Of a stretch of 64,000 nucleotides of DNA, positions 19,235 through 29,363 are shown piece after piece. A program made the translations under genes and the position numbers. Origin of the DNA: an uncultured Bacteroidota bacterium (GTDB taxonomy: Bacteria; Bacteroidota; Bacteroidia; Chitinophagales; Chitinophagaceae). Every line of letters starts with the position of its first letter. Position 1 is the stretch's first letter. The notes beneath the pieces were generated by a model. That model ran no database searches and had not been told where the DNA came from. It was given only the letters and a program-made list of their open reading frames with translations. The DNA is taken from contig CAVQDS010000002.1 in assembly GCA_963711345.1 (NCBI GenBank), forward strand, positions 717,869-781,868, written 5' to 3'.

Positions 19235-22200
19235 CAAATAGTTTTCCATCCACTACAGCGGCTAATATTTTGACCAGTACATATTATGATGATTATAGCT
19301 GGGTTGCATCATCGGGGTCAACTATTGCTGCAACGTTCAACTCCAGTGGAAGCAGTAATTTCTTGGCAGCTTCATCTTCGTTTCCATATCCTCAGGCACT
19401 AACCCAGTCTCCCCAAACAAAAAGTTTAGTTACCGGAACTGTTGGGAAAGTATTGGGAATAACCACAACCCAATATTTATATACAGCCAGTTTTTTTGAT
19501 ACTAAGAGTCGTATAATACAGACACAAAGTATCAATCTTACAGGAGGATTGGATATTGCTACCAGGCAATTTGACTGGAATGGCAAAGCACTTAGGACAC
19601 TTTTGCAACACCAGAAAACCGGCACTTCGAACCCTCAGTCATATACTGTTCTTTCTATAATTAACTATGATGCCTGTGGAAGGTTGCAATCCATCACAAA
19701 AAATGTAAACAATGGGACGTTGCCGGCAGATCAGCAAATCATTGTTAACAATACATACGATGAGCTTGGCCGATTAAAGACCAAAGCCCTTGGCGCCCTT
19801 GATAACCTGACTTACGATTATAATATCCGCGGATGGCTTTTAGGTATAAACCGTGCTTATCTGGGAACTGTAACCAACCCGGCGAATATTGCTCCTTCAC
19901 CAAGCAATTATTTTGGATTTGAGCTGGCATATGATAAAACAACATCGCAAGCCGTTGATAATTCCTACGTTGCTGCCCAATACAGTGGAAATGTTGCCGG
20001 GACTGTCTGGAAAACGGTAGGTGATGGGATAGGTCGCAAATACGATTTTACTTACGATAACGTCAATCGTCTTACAACCGCTGTATATAAACAGGATAAT
20101 GGCGGCGGTAGTTTCGATGTAAGTGCCGGATTGGATTTTAGTGTCAGCAATTTAAATTACGATGTCGACGGGAACATACTTAGTATGAACGAATCTGGCT
20201 GGCAGATAGGAAAGGGCAGTTCAACGATTGATCAGCTTACCTATAATTACACTGCTAATACCAATAAACTGCAAAATGTAATCAACCCGAACAGCAATGC
20301 AACAACTACGTTAGGAGACTTCAGGTATTCAGCTGCGTATACAAGTGCCCTGGGAGGTCCTAAACCAGCAACTGCACTCGATTATACCTATGATGTGAAC
20401 GGGAATTTGATTACAGATAAGAATAAGGACATAACCGCCATCACTTACAACTTTTTTAATCTACCTCAGCAGATAACATTAGCAAAAGGAACTATCCAAT
20501 ATATTTATGATGCAACAGGCAATAAACTTCGTAAAATAGCTTATGAAACAAATGGTAATGTGACTTATTTAGGAACCAACTATCCGACAGCTATTACAAC
20601 AACCACAACTTATATTAACGGATTTGATTATAAGACTCTTTCTTATGGTAGCACGACCTTACCCGCGGCTGTGTTGGCACAACAGTTTACAGATAATCTG
20701 CAGTCCCTCGAACACGAAGAAGGTCGCGTACGTGCACTTTACACAAATGTTGCGTCCCCCAACACTATAAACGGATATGCATTTGACTATTTTGAAAAAG
20801 ATCATCTGGGTAACACCCGGGTGATTCTGACTGATGAAGCTGAACAGGATATTTATCCACCCACAACACTTGAGGGGAGTACGACCAATACAAGCACTGC
20901 AGTTGGATATGAGCAGAACTTTTATAGCATTAATGCTGCATATATTGTTCCGGCCACAACTGCCACAGGTATTCCCGCTTATACGAATAACAATAATAAT
21001 ATCGGTACGAATTTATATCCCTCCGGTAATAGTGGAAATACGAATGCCACGAGCAATAGCCAGAATCTGTATCGCATCAATGGGAACCTGAACAAATTAG
21101 GTCTTGGAATTACTCTGAAAGTGATGGCAGGAGACAAGCTGGATATTTATGGTAAGAGTTATTATTTTACAAACAATTCAAACGATAATACCAGCTATAA
21201 TCTGCCCATTCTTACACTTCTTTCCGGCTTTTTGGGAGCACCAAATGTCTCAGCATTAGAAACTTCTGCCCATGCGGGTGTAACTGCAACGCAATTAAGT
21301 GGTATTACAAGTCTCACAAACAATGTTTCATCTTATCTGTCCAATAGCGCAAATGGCAACACGAGAACGGCCACAACTTCCTCCAAGCCCAGAGCATATG
21401 TTAATTGGATATTTTTTGACAACCAGTTCAACTATGCAGGGGGAGGATTTTATCCTGTTGGAACAGCGGGAGTATTGCAGGACTATTTTAATGTGAGTTC
21501 TCTCCACAATATAATCGTTCCCAAAAGTGGTTATGTTTATGTATATTGTAGTAATGAGAGCCCGGTTGATGTGTTCTTTGATAATTTCCAGGTTATTCAA
21601 ACCAGGGGACCCTTAATCGAAGAAAATCATTATTATCCGTTTGGACTTTCCATTGCTGGAATCTCCGATAAAGCAGTCAAGACAAGCTATGCTGAAAATA
21701 AAAATAGATTTAGTGGAAAGGAATTACAGAATCAGGAGTTTAGTGATGGGTCAGGTTTAGAAGATTATGATTTTGGTGCGAGGATGTATGATCCACAGAT
21801 CGGGAGGTTTTTTACCATCGATAAATTTGCGGAGAAGTATTACGGATTGTCACCATATCAATACACTGCTAATAATCCTGTAAATAGTCTCGATGTTAAT
21901 GGAGATACTATTTGGATAACGATTGGCGGACAAAACTATTATTTTGGTAACACGGAAGAGGGTGGCTACGGTTTTTATGGAAGTGATGGAAAAAAATATA
22001 ATGGAGATGACAAATTTGCAAATGCGGTTTCAGCGGCGTTGACCGGTTTTGCTAATTCAAAAGACAACGAAGTAAAAGACAGACTGAATGCCGAAATGTC
22101 AAGTAAATTTATAATAAAAATTGAAGCTGGACAAAATCAGGTTGAGAAAGTTATGTTAGATGATGGTTCGTACCAAAGTGTAAATGACCCGAATTTTGAT

Positions 22201-22581
22201 ATAAATAACCCTAAAATAGTAGGGGTGGTAGTGAATTGGAATGAAACAACTACGAATTCTGGTGATGGAGTTAAGAATAAAGATGGAGCGGATCCTGATT
22301 TATTACTGGCTCATGAATTATTGGGCCATGGGTTTCAGGCGATGATCCGACAACTTCAGGCGCCAGGGAAAACTACCAACGTTTATGTTGATGGATATGG
22401 TTATTTCCCGAGGCAGGAAAATGATGCGCAGGTAATAAGCAATAGAGTTGCAATAGGATCGGGCAGAACGAATATGGTTACACAAACATATTCAACCGAC
22501 AGAAATCCAATAAATCAAAAAGTTGCATATCCATTAATACCGACCGAAATTATTAAATGGAATAAAAACGCTAAATACTAA
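19231..22581 (+). CDS. RHS/YD-repeat protein fragment (5'-truncated) with a C-terminal HExxH toxin domain
   Basis: YD repeats occur throughout (YDxxGRL, YDxNGN). The RHS core end reads YYPFGL..GARMYDPQIGRFFTIDKF..YQYTANNPVNSLDVNGD. The variable C-terminus carries LLAHELLGHGF. The frame is open only from 19168 and has no ATG, so the N-terminal half is missing. Confidence 0.85.
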   Translation: MTNSFPSTTAANILTSTYYDDYSWVASSGSTIAATFNSSGSSNFLAASSSFPYPQALTQSPQTKSLVTGTVGKVLGITTTQYLYTASFFDTKSRIIQTQSINLTGGLDIATRQFDWNGKALRTLLQHQKTGTSNPQSYTVLSIINYDACGRLQSITKNVNNGTLPADQQIIVNNTYDELGRLKTKALGALDNLTYDYNIRGWLLGINRAYLGTVTNPANIAPSPSNYFGFELAYDKTTSQAVDNSYVAAQYSGNVAGTVWKTVGDGIGRKYDFTYDNVNRLTTAVYKQDNGGGSFDVSAGLDFSVSNLNYDVDGNILSMNESGWQIGKGSSTIDQLTYNYTANTNKLQNVINPNSNATTTLGDFRYSAAYTSALGGPKPATALDYTYDVNGNLITDKNKDITAITYNFFNLPQQITLAKGTIQYIYDATGNKLRKIAYETNGNVTYLGTNYPTAITTTTTYINGFDYKTLSYGSTTLPAAVLAQQFTDNLQSLEHEEGRVRALYTNVASPNTINGYAFDYFEKDHLGNTRVILTDEAEQDIYPPTTLEGSTTNTSTAVGYEQNFYSINAAYIVPATTATGIPAYTNNNNNIGTNLYPSGNSGNTNATSNSQNLYRINGNLNKLGLGITLKVMAGDKLDIYGKSYYFTNNSNDNTSYNLPILTLLSGFLGAPNVSALETSAHAGVTATQLSGITSLTNNVSSYLSNSANGNTRTATTSSKPRAYVNWIFFDNQFNYAGGGFYPVGTAGVLQDYFNVSSLHNIIVPKSGYVYVYCSNESPVDVFFDNFQVIQTRGPLIEENHYYPFGLSIAGISDKAVKTSYAENKNRFSGKELQNQEFSDGSGLEDYDFGARMYDPQIGRFFTIDKFAEKYYGLSPYQYTANNPVNSLDVNGDTIWITIGGQNYYFGNTEEGGYGFYGSDGKKYNGDDKFANAVSAALTGFANSKDNEVKDRLNAEMSSKFIIKIEAGQNQVEKVMLDDGSYQSVNDPNFDINNPKIVGVVVNWNETTTNSGDGVKNKDGADPDLLLAHELLGHGFQAMIRQLQAPGKTTNVYVDGYGYFPRQENDAQVISNRVAIGSGRTNMVTQTYSTDRNPINQKVAYPLIPTEIIKWNKNAKY

Positions 22582-22594
22582 TCGGGATATAATC

Positions 22595-23149
22595 ATGATT
22601 AAACTTTTGATGGTCTCATTATTGTACCTTAATAACTATAATTGCAGAGAAGCTTATCTTAATGAAGTTTTAAAAAGCAATGATCTGGCCCGGTATTTTA
22701 TTGTGGTGAGAGCGAAAATCGATAACAATGAACAAGAAATAGTTGTCATTAATTACTATTTACATAACTTAATGAAATCGCGTGATAGCTCCTTTAACGA
22801 TTTAAATCATTATGTAAACTTCATGAAGAATAAAATTCAGCAAAACGAGCCAATAGAAATAAATAAGAGCGAATTCGTCAGAATCAAGGCGGCAATAGTT
22901 GAGCTGGATACGGGTGTAGCTGCTGCGGCTGCAAAAGGGAAAGAATATTTATTGCACAAGTATTTTCATGTGTCTGATAAATATAACTATGCAAGATTGA
23001 ATCCGGATATTAAAAACGACAAGGTTGCATATATAGCAAAAAAATTGTTCGATTGGAATTATTTTATGGCCATTGTAGAAGGAGACATTAATGTGCAAAA
23101 TCTGAATTTTTGCGATAACTATTCCGACAGCAGTTTAATTCGGAAATAA
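22595..23149 (+). CDS. Putative cognate immunity protein of the Rhs C-terminal toxin
   Basis: It is a 184-aa ORF starting 14 nt after the rhs stop. The call rests on position only. Confidence 0.4.
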   Translation: MIKLLMVSLLYLNNYNCREAYLNEVLKSNDLARYFIVVRAKIDNNEQEIVVINYYLHNLMKSRDSSFNDLNHYVNFMKNKIQQNEPIEINKSEFVRIKAAIVELDTGVAAAAAKGKEYLLHKYFHVSDKYNYARLNPDIKNDKVAYIAKKLFDWNYFMAIVEGDINVQNLNFCDNYSDSSLIRK

Positions 23150-23364
23150 AGAAGTAAGATCCTAAAAACTGAAAATACTTAAGTGAAAAGATTTAAAGAA
23201 AAACGGGCTTTTTACTAGTGTGGGTTTATGGAATTGAATAAAATGGAATACGTCATTTTATCGTCTGTCTGTGACATGGAAGGTTTTCTATAGGCAATAA
23301 TCAATAAAGATCTTGAATCTTCATTTTTTCAAAATAATCGGTTCAATTGTCGCAAAATTCCGGT

Positions 23365-23537
23365 AACTAATCCGTCACTAAATCCCCGCAAACCCACTGG
23401 AATCGCGGCACAGTACTTTTTGTATCGGGAAGTAACCTTTTCAAGATAGATGCGCGTTCCCTGCAGAGTACTTTCATTCTCACGGTATTTGATTTGCCTT
23501 TATCTGCTTTTCTTGGCTACTAATCTGTTACTAAATA
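23365..23537 (+). repeat. Junction J3: Box A + exact core + type-1 arm + Box B (truncated, no Box C or decamers)
   Basis: It reads aactaatccgtcactaaatccccgcaaacccactggaatcgcggcacagtac, then the core at 23418-23436, then cttttcaagatagatgcgcgttccctgcagagtac..., then ctactaatctgttactaaata. Confidence 0.85.
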
Positions 23538-23750
23538 TTGGTATATCCTTTTCAATGCGGTTAAACAAACTATTCGACCGATTTATGGAATTTTAGCTGC
23601 TTCATATAGAAAAAAGACTATTTGTTTCCGGATTCACTTAAACGTCAAAAATCGTTTCAACCAAGAATTTAAAGTTAGATTCAGTTCCCAAACTGATACT
23701 AATTCAGACTAACTCCGTAAGTATCAGCCGAATTTTTTTCACATGTCAAT

Positions 23751-23805
23751 GAAAGTACCGAGAAAGTAATTGAAAAGTGATTGGAAATTACTGAGAAAGT
23801 AACGT
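23751..23805 (+). repeat. About 11-bp periodic GAAAGTA-type repeats (5 units)
   Basis: The sequence is gaaagtaccgagaaagtaattgaaaagtgattggaaattactgagaaagtaacg. It sits where other junctions carry the ATGATAC decamers. Confidence 0.5.
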
Positions 23806-24011
23806 TAACGATAGATTAACGCCTAAGAAAAAAATTAGAGATTTTAAAAATCAATAATTTTTTTTCTTATTGAATAATAATTCTCGTGAAATCTTTATCC
23901 AACAACAAATTGCAGGGATTTAAGTATTTGGGAATTATAATAATTTTTATTAAGGATAAAATTAATCTGCTAAGTGTAATTGTACCGGCCCCCAATAAAC
24001 TGGACAGATTT

Positions 24012-24902
24012 CTAAAGGTAGTTTAGTAGTTTTTCATTTTCAAAAGGGATCGGATTATAATTTTTCCATACGGTGTCAGGAGTCTGTCTTTTCAGTGACC
24101 AGTGTTTCCTTTTTTCATTGTACCATTTGTAATAACGGTCGATAACCATCTGTGCATGGAAGATAGATTCGAACTCAAAACGATCTATCACTTCTCTTTG
24201 CAGATTCGAGTGCAGGGCTTCGATGTAGGCGTTGTCCTGTGGTGTGGCAACGTGAGAGAACTCCTGGTAAATGCCTTTTTCTTTCAGGTATTCCCGGACA
24301 GCAGTTGCTATAAACTGGGAACCGTTATCATTTCTGAGCGACATCCCTTCAGCTTTATATTCCAGCAACATCAGCGACAGCATTAAAAGCACATCGCCTT
24401 TTTTGATACTTTGACGAAGCATATGGATCAACACTTTCCGTGAATAGATATCCATTACTGTTAGAAGCAGAGCATTTCTGCCCGTGCCATGCACGTGAAC
24501 ATATTTAATATCCATCGACAGGTATTGCAAAGGACGCTCTGGCCTGAGACTTCTGAAGCGGATAAAATTCCGTTTGAAAGGTGCAACTCTTATTCTTGCT
24601 CCGTAAAGCAGTTTTGATTCCTTCATCAGCCTATAGACCTTTTTGTGATTGATGATCCAACCCTTCTCTTTTAACTCACCTGTCATATGCCTGTATCCGT
24701 AACAACAAAACTCCTGCGATAGTGTCTGTTCGATATCCTTTACTACTACGGCGTTTTCAACGAGTTCACCGTCAGAGTTCACACTGTGCGTGCTCGGTTT
24801 TATTCCTTTGGGTGACAGTGATCGTTTGTAATAAAAGCTGCTTGCGTGAAGACCCGACCACAAGAGTAAACGCCGTACACAAATGCCCCGAAGTTTATAC
24901 AC
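24012..24902 (-). CDS. IS3-family transposase OrfB (DDE/rve)
   Basis: The rve-type core reads LSMDIKYVHV..LRNDNGSQFIA..YNEKRKHWSL. Confidence 0.9.
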   Translation of the reverse strand: MYKLRGICVRRLLLWSGLHASSFYYKRSLSPKGIKPSTHSVNSDGELVENAVVVKDIEQTLSQEFCCYGYRHMTGELKEKGWIINHKKVYRLMKESKLLYGARIRVAPFKRNFIRFRSLRPERPLQYLSMDIKYVHVHGTGRNALLLTVMDIYSRKVLIHMLRQSIKKGDVLLMLSLMLLEYKAEGMSLRNDNGSQFIATAVREYLKEKGIYQEFSHVATPQDNAYIEALHSNLQREVIDRFEFESIFHAQMVIDRYYKWYNEKRKHWSLKRQTPDTVWKNYNPIPFENEKLLNYL

Positions 24903-24904
24903 TC

Positions 24905-25225
24905 TTACGAGCCCTTCAGCCTCCGCTCGTAAGCCTCGTTTTTTTTTAAAAGCTCCGTCTTAAACTCAAGCTCGAGTGCCTGGTTACCGATAATCTTTTT
25001 CAATCTTGCGTTTTCTTCCTGCAATGCCTTGAGCTCCGGATCAACTTTGTGATATTGCGGCTGAAGTAATTTTGCACCGCCCTGATTGAACTGACTTCTC
25101 CACCTGAGAAAAAGACTGTGGGCTAAATTGTGTTTACGAAGGGTTTGAGTAACCCCATTTTGTTCCGCTTCCTGGATTATTTGAAGCTTCTGTTCCACAG
25201 AAAAGCTTCCGCGTGTCTTTGCCAT
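24905..25225 (-). CDS. IS3-family transposase OrfA
   Basis: It has an HTH and leucine-zipper-like OrfA (..LQEENARLKKIIGNQALELE..). The -1 frame after the A9 run reads into OrfB. Confidence 0.85.
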   Translation of the reverse strand: MAKTRGSFSVEQKLQIIQEAEQNGVTQTLRKHNLAHSLFLRWRSQFNQGGAKLLQPQYHKVDPELKALQEENARLKKIIGNQALELEFKTELLKKNEAYERRLKGS

Positions 25226-25416
25226 AACCTAAATTTAAGTGACTAAATTGATTTACTAATTTAGTCCAGCCATTTAGGGGGCTGGTACATTGATAATGTT
25301 TATCCTCTTGATATTACTAATATTTTAAACAATTCATTTTGGAATACAACTCAAGGATGGACAATGGATACACTATTTCCGCTTTAATATTGATTGTATA
25401 AATATAATCCTGTAAT

Positions 25417-26163
25417 ATGAAAACGCTGATATTGCATTTATTGGGACAAATTAAAAAAATTTGTTTCTTTTTGTTAGTCCTTCAACTTCTTATAAATTCA
25501 ATAGTGGAGGCGCAAAATGAAAAATGGCCAGTGAGCGTTTATGGGGGCGATGGGGCTGGCTATGCTACTGCTCCGGTAATAAAAGGATTTCTGATTGTTA
25601 ATAGCAAAAACCTAAACGGACTTATTTATAAAACTAATTTTACAAGTTCTTCTTTAGATACATTATTGAATAGTGACACGTTATACGGTCGTATTAAATT
25701 ATATGTTTTAGGCAAGAATATAGATATTCAACTATCAAGATCAAGTGTTGTTTCTATTCCAAGTTCTTATATAAATTCCATCGTCGGTACATCATATGAG
25801 AAATATTATCCGCATACCGCATTAACGAGATGGATAATACTCTCAGTAGAGGAACATTTTCGTTTTGGCCGTTTTGGACGGTTAATTGCAGAGAAAAACA
25901 ATATCCTAATTTATGATAGCTCTAAAAAAGATACGACTGATGGTGGATATGTATGCCCCATGACTTTAATTAACGGAAATGAAAATATAGAAATTAATTA
26001 TCCGTTTCATTCAACAAGTACAACACTGAGAAAATTTATTAAGAAACGCTATGGTGTTGATCCTAATTTATCAAAAGAAGGTTTAAAAAATGATCGCTTA
26101 TTAGTAGATTATATTTTAGAACAAGAAAATATACTACTGAATAAGAAAAGGCAGAACAATTGA
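25417..26163 (+). CDS. Hypothetical secreted protein (248 aa)
   Basis: It has a signal peptide (FFLLVLQLLINSIVEAQ). I recognise no domain. Confidence 0.45.
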   Translation: MKTLILHLLGQIKKICFFLLVLQLLINSIVEAQNEKWPVSVYGGDGAGYATAPVIKGFLIVNSKNLNGLIYKTNFTSSSLDTLLNSDTLYGRIKLYVLGKNIDIQLSRSSVVSIPSSYINSIVGTSYEKYYPHTALTRWIILSVEEHFRFGRFGRLIAEKNNILIYDSSKKDTTDGGYVCPMTLINGNENIEINYPFHSTSTTLRKFIKKRYGVDPNLSKEGLKNDRLLVDYILEQENILLNKKRQNN

Positions 26164-26461
26164 TTACAATATACAATCAAAGGTGAAGGATAATATACAT
26201 ATAGCTTTTCTGCAATATCCTGCGAATAGATTTGTATGTTAGATAAGTTTATTAGTGGTTGGTTTTTCAAACAGCAAAATAAATTATGCTGAATTGCATT
26301 TGAAATTCGTTTTCACTAAGGGTTTACACTTAGTTCAATTTGGCATGAAGCTTATTTTTCTTAATTATGAGCAACTTTAACCAGCTTTTCACCGGATAGT
26401 GTCGACATCCCTTGATAACTGTTTAAAAAATAGTTATGTTAGGATCTAATGTATGCCCTAA

Positions 26462-29344
26462 ATGGTGAAGCGCGGAAACGTTAATATCTCTTTTTGGGAA
26501 ATTGGTCTGACCTGGATTCTGCTTTTAATATTTTCCAGTGCCGAAGCCCAAATTATTATTACAGCAAACATAACTCAACCCACCTGTTTTAATCACCTCG
26601 CTGCCGCAGGTGGAACTACTGGAAATGGTGTCATCATCGCTTCTGCTTCCGGAGGAACTCCACCTTATAGTTACCTTTTAGAAAGTAATTCTGCCCAGCA
26701 AACCAATGGTTATTTCCCGGGATTAAGTGCCGGAACATATTCTATAATAGTTATGGATGCGCTGGGACAAACAAAAACGCTTGTCGTCATTTTAACAGAT
26801 ACAGATCCACAACCTATTCTTCTGGAAACCATATTGCAAGTTCCTACTACTTGTACATCGGCCGACGGTATTTTAACACTTGATCCCAGTGGGGGAACTC
26901 CTCCTTATACATATAGTTTGGATGGAGGAAAGACCTATCAGGCAATAAGCCCTACAATAACCAATCTTCAGGAGGGTTTTTATATTTTTTATTGTAAAGA
27001 TGCCAATGGTTGTCTGGCGGGTGCCATTACTAGCGGATATTCGCCTTATTCCGATTATTTCTTTTGTTCTCAATGCCAGATGCAAATGAACGGAGGAGAA
27101 TCAACAGCATGCTCAAATGACGGAACACTATCCGCATGGGTTCTCACAGGAGGGACTCCTCCTTTTCAGTATTCGCAGGACGGGATTAATTTTCAACCAC
27201 CCAATAACGGTGATCATTTTACTATTACAAATCTTAATCCGGGATTTTATACCATTTATGCAAAAGATTCAACTGGCCTGATAGTAGCAACAGTTTATAC
27301 AATTGCGCAGGATTGTTATACGCAGATCACATTTGTCGGAGTGGATGCATCTTGCGGACAAAACGACGGCAGCCTCGCTGCAACAGCTAATTATGGGACA
27401 CCTCCTTATACTTATACCATTGACGGAATAAATTACCAGGCCAGTAATGTATTCACCGGACTTGCAACAGGGGGATATTCGGTATCAGCCAAAGACGCGT
27501 CGGGTGAAATAGGTTCTGCACCAGCCTGGGTTTACAATAAATGCCCCACCGTCTCTGCAACCGAGACAAATGAAATCTGTGGCCAGAACAATGGAACTAT
27601 AACTGCAACGGGTTTTAAGGGAACAACGCCCTATCAATTTTCAATAAATGACATCAATTTTCAGTCCGGCAATATATTTAGCGGACTTACTGCAGGAGCA
27701 TATAATATAACTATTATGGATGCAAATGGATTTAAGGATTCGACATATGCTTACATTTATAATGACTGCATTCAGATTGCGGTGTCCACAGTTGCAAGTA
27801 CTTGCGGAAAGCCAAACGGAAGTGCGGTAGCCATAGCGTCTAACGGTCTTGCACCATACCAATATTCAATAGACGGAGTAAATTTTTTGACAGATAGTTT
27901 GTTTGCAGGATTAGCATCTGGATCTTATACCATCACTATAAAAGATGCTTCAGGACTTACCAGTTCATCCGCTGCAAATATTGCAGCTTTCCCCTCTCCA
28001 TTTATAAATGCAACATCCACAACGGCTTCCTGTCAGAATACAAGCGCTTCAATAAGTATTACAACGATTGGTGGGACTGCACCATTTTTGTATAGTATGG
28101 ACGATGGAAATCATTTTCAAACAAGTAATACATTTTTAAATCTGGATTCAGGCGAATATCCGCTCCAGGTTAAGGATTCTAACGGATGTATTACCGATAC
28201 GATGGAAACAGTGAAAGCACTTCCTACGCCGACTATTTTTCTGGGGAATGATACAACACTTTGCGCGGGAATCAGTTTGACTTTACTGGCTGGCCAAACC
28301 CCACAGGTTCAATATCTGTGGCAGGACAACAGTACAACCGATAATTTTATTGTGACTGCTAGCGGACAGTACTGGGTGAAACTGACGAACCAGTTTAATT
28401 GTTCAGCGAGCGATACAATCAATGTGACATACAAACCTGTTCCGCAATTTTCTCTCGGAAACGACACAGTCATATGTAACAATAAAGTATTAAACATAAA
28501 AGAAGCTGTCCCAGGTTCAACATATTTGTGGAATACCGGCAGCACTTCTTCTTCGATAAATATTCAGACTGCGGGTTTATACTGGCTGGAGGTTGATGAA
28601 GCGGGATGCACAAAGAGGGATAGTATTTTTGTAAGTACAAAACCGAGTCCTGCTATAAATCTGGGGGATGATACGACGCTCTGTACGGGACTAACCCTGC
28701 TCTTAAACGCAGTGAATAATAATGCAAGCTATCTCTGGCAGGATGGTTCGACGCAGCCTGAATTTAATGTAACGGATGCAGGTAGATATACTGTGAAAGT
28801 AGATATCAACGGTTGTGATACGAGTGGAACTATAACCATAGACTACGATAGTAAACCGACAGTCAACATAGGTGACGATACGACTGTTTGCGATACACAA
28901 AAATTATTACTTGATGCTACAAATCCCGGTTCGACATACCAGTGGCAGGATGGTTCTACCGGATCACAATTCCAGGTGTCAGCCGCAGGACAGTATTCAG
29001 TTGCAGTTTCCAATATATGCGGAACTACTGATCAGTCCGTCGTTGTAAAATTTGAAAACTGTGCTTGTCAGATAAGTGTTCCGAATGCATTCACGCCGAA
29101 CAACGACGGGTTAAACGATATTTTCAAGCCAAGATTTATCTGTTCATTAAATAACTACTCCTGTAAAATATTCAACCGCTGGGGTCAGTTGATTTTCGAA
29201 TCACGTAATACGGATCAGGGCTGGAACGGATATTTTCAAAATCAGATCCAACCGTCAGGAACTTATGTATGGATGATTCAATACCTGGACTTGTACTCAG
29301 GGAGAAATGTAACTAAGCAGGGAACAGTTGTATTGATCAGGTAA
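26462..29344 (+). CDS. Large surface protein with SprB-like repeats and a T9SS type-B (gliding-motility C-terminal) sorting domain
   Basis: It has about 75-aa repeats (GGTPPYxYSxDG..FxxLxxGxY). The C-terminus reads VPNAFTPNNDGLNDIFKP...GWNG...GTYVWMIQY, typical of T9SS type-B sorting domains. Confidence 0.85.
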   Translation: MVKRGNVNISFWEIGLTWILLLIFSSAEAQIIITANITQPTCFNHLAAAGGTTGNGVIIASASGGTPPYSYLLESNSAQQTNGYFPGLSAGTYSIIVMDALGQTKTLVVILTDTDPQPILLETILQVPTTCTSADGILTLDPSGGTPPYTYSLDGGKTYQAISPTITNLQEGFYIFYCKDANGCLAGAITSGYSPYSDYFFCSQCQMQMNGGESTACSNDGTLSAWVLTGGTPPFQYSQDGINFQPPNNGDHFTITNLNPGFYTIYAKDSTGLIVATVYTIAQDCYTQITFVGVDASCGQNDGSLAATANYGTPPYTYTIDGINYQASNVFTGLATGGYSVSAKDASGEIGSAPAWVYNKCPTVSATETNEICGQNNGTITATGFKGTTPYQFSINDINFQSGNIFSGLTAGAYNITIMDANGFKDSTYAYIYNDCIQIAVSTVASTCGKPNGSAVAIASNGLAPYQYSIDGVNFLTDSLFAGLASGSYTITIKDASGLTSSSAANIAAFPSPFINATSTTASCQNTSASISITTIGGTAPFLYSMDDGNHFQTSNTFLNLDSGEYPLQVKDSNGCITDTMETVKALPTPTIFLGNDTTLCAGISLTLLAGQTPQVQYLWQDNSTTDNFIVTASGQYWVKLTNQFNCSASDTINVTYKPVPQFSLGNDTVICNNKVLNIKEAVPGSTYLWNTGSTSSSINIQTAGLYWLEVDEAGCTKRDSIFVSTKPSPAINLGDDTTLCTGLTLLLNAVNNNASYLWQDGSTQPEFNVTDAGRYTVKVDINGCDTSGTITIDYDSKPTVNIGDDTTVCDTQKLLLDATNPGSTYQWQDGSTGSQFQVSAAGQYSVAVSNICGTTDQSVVVKFENCACQISVPNAFTPNNDGLNDIFKPRFICSLNNYSCKIFNRWGQLIFESRNTDQGWNGYFQNQIQPSGTYVWMIQYLDLYSGRNVTKQGTVVLIR

Positions 29345-29363
29345 AAAAACGACCTAAATCTCC

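Larger units (their letters stand above)
23981..25289 (-). mobile_element. IS3-family insertion sequence (copy 2)
   Basis: The terminal inverted repeats are TGTACCGGCCCCCAATAAACTGGAC (23981-) and the reverse complement of GTCCAGCCATTTAGGGGGCTGGTACA (-25289), with TG..CA ends. It has an orfA/orfB pair with an A9 slippery run (T9 on the + strand, 24939-24947). Confidence 0.8.
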
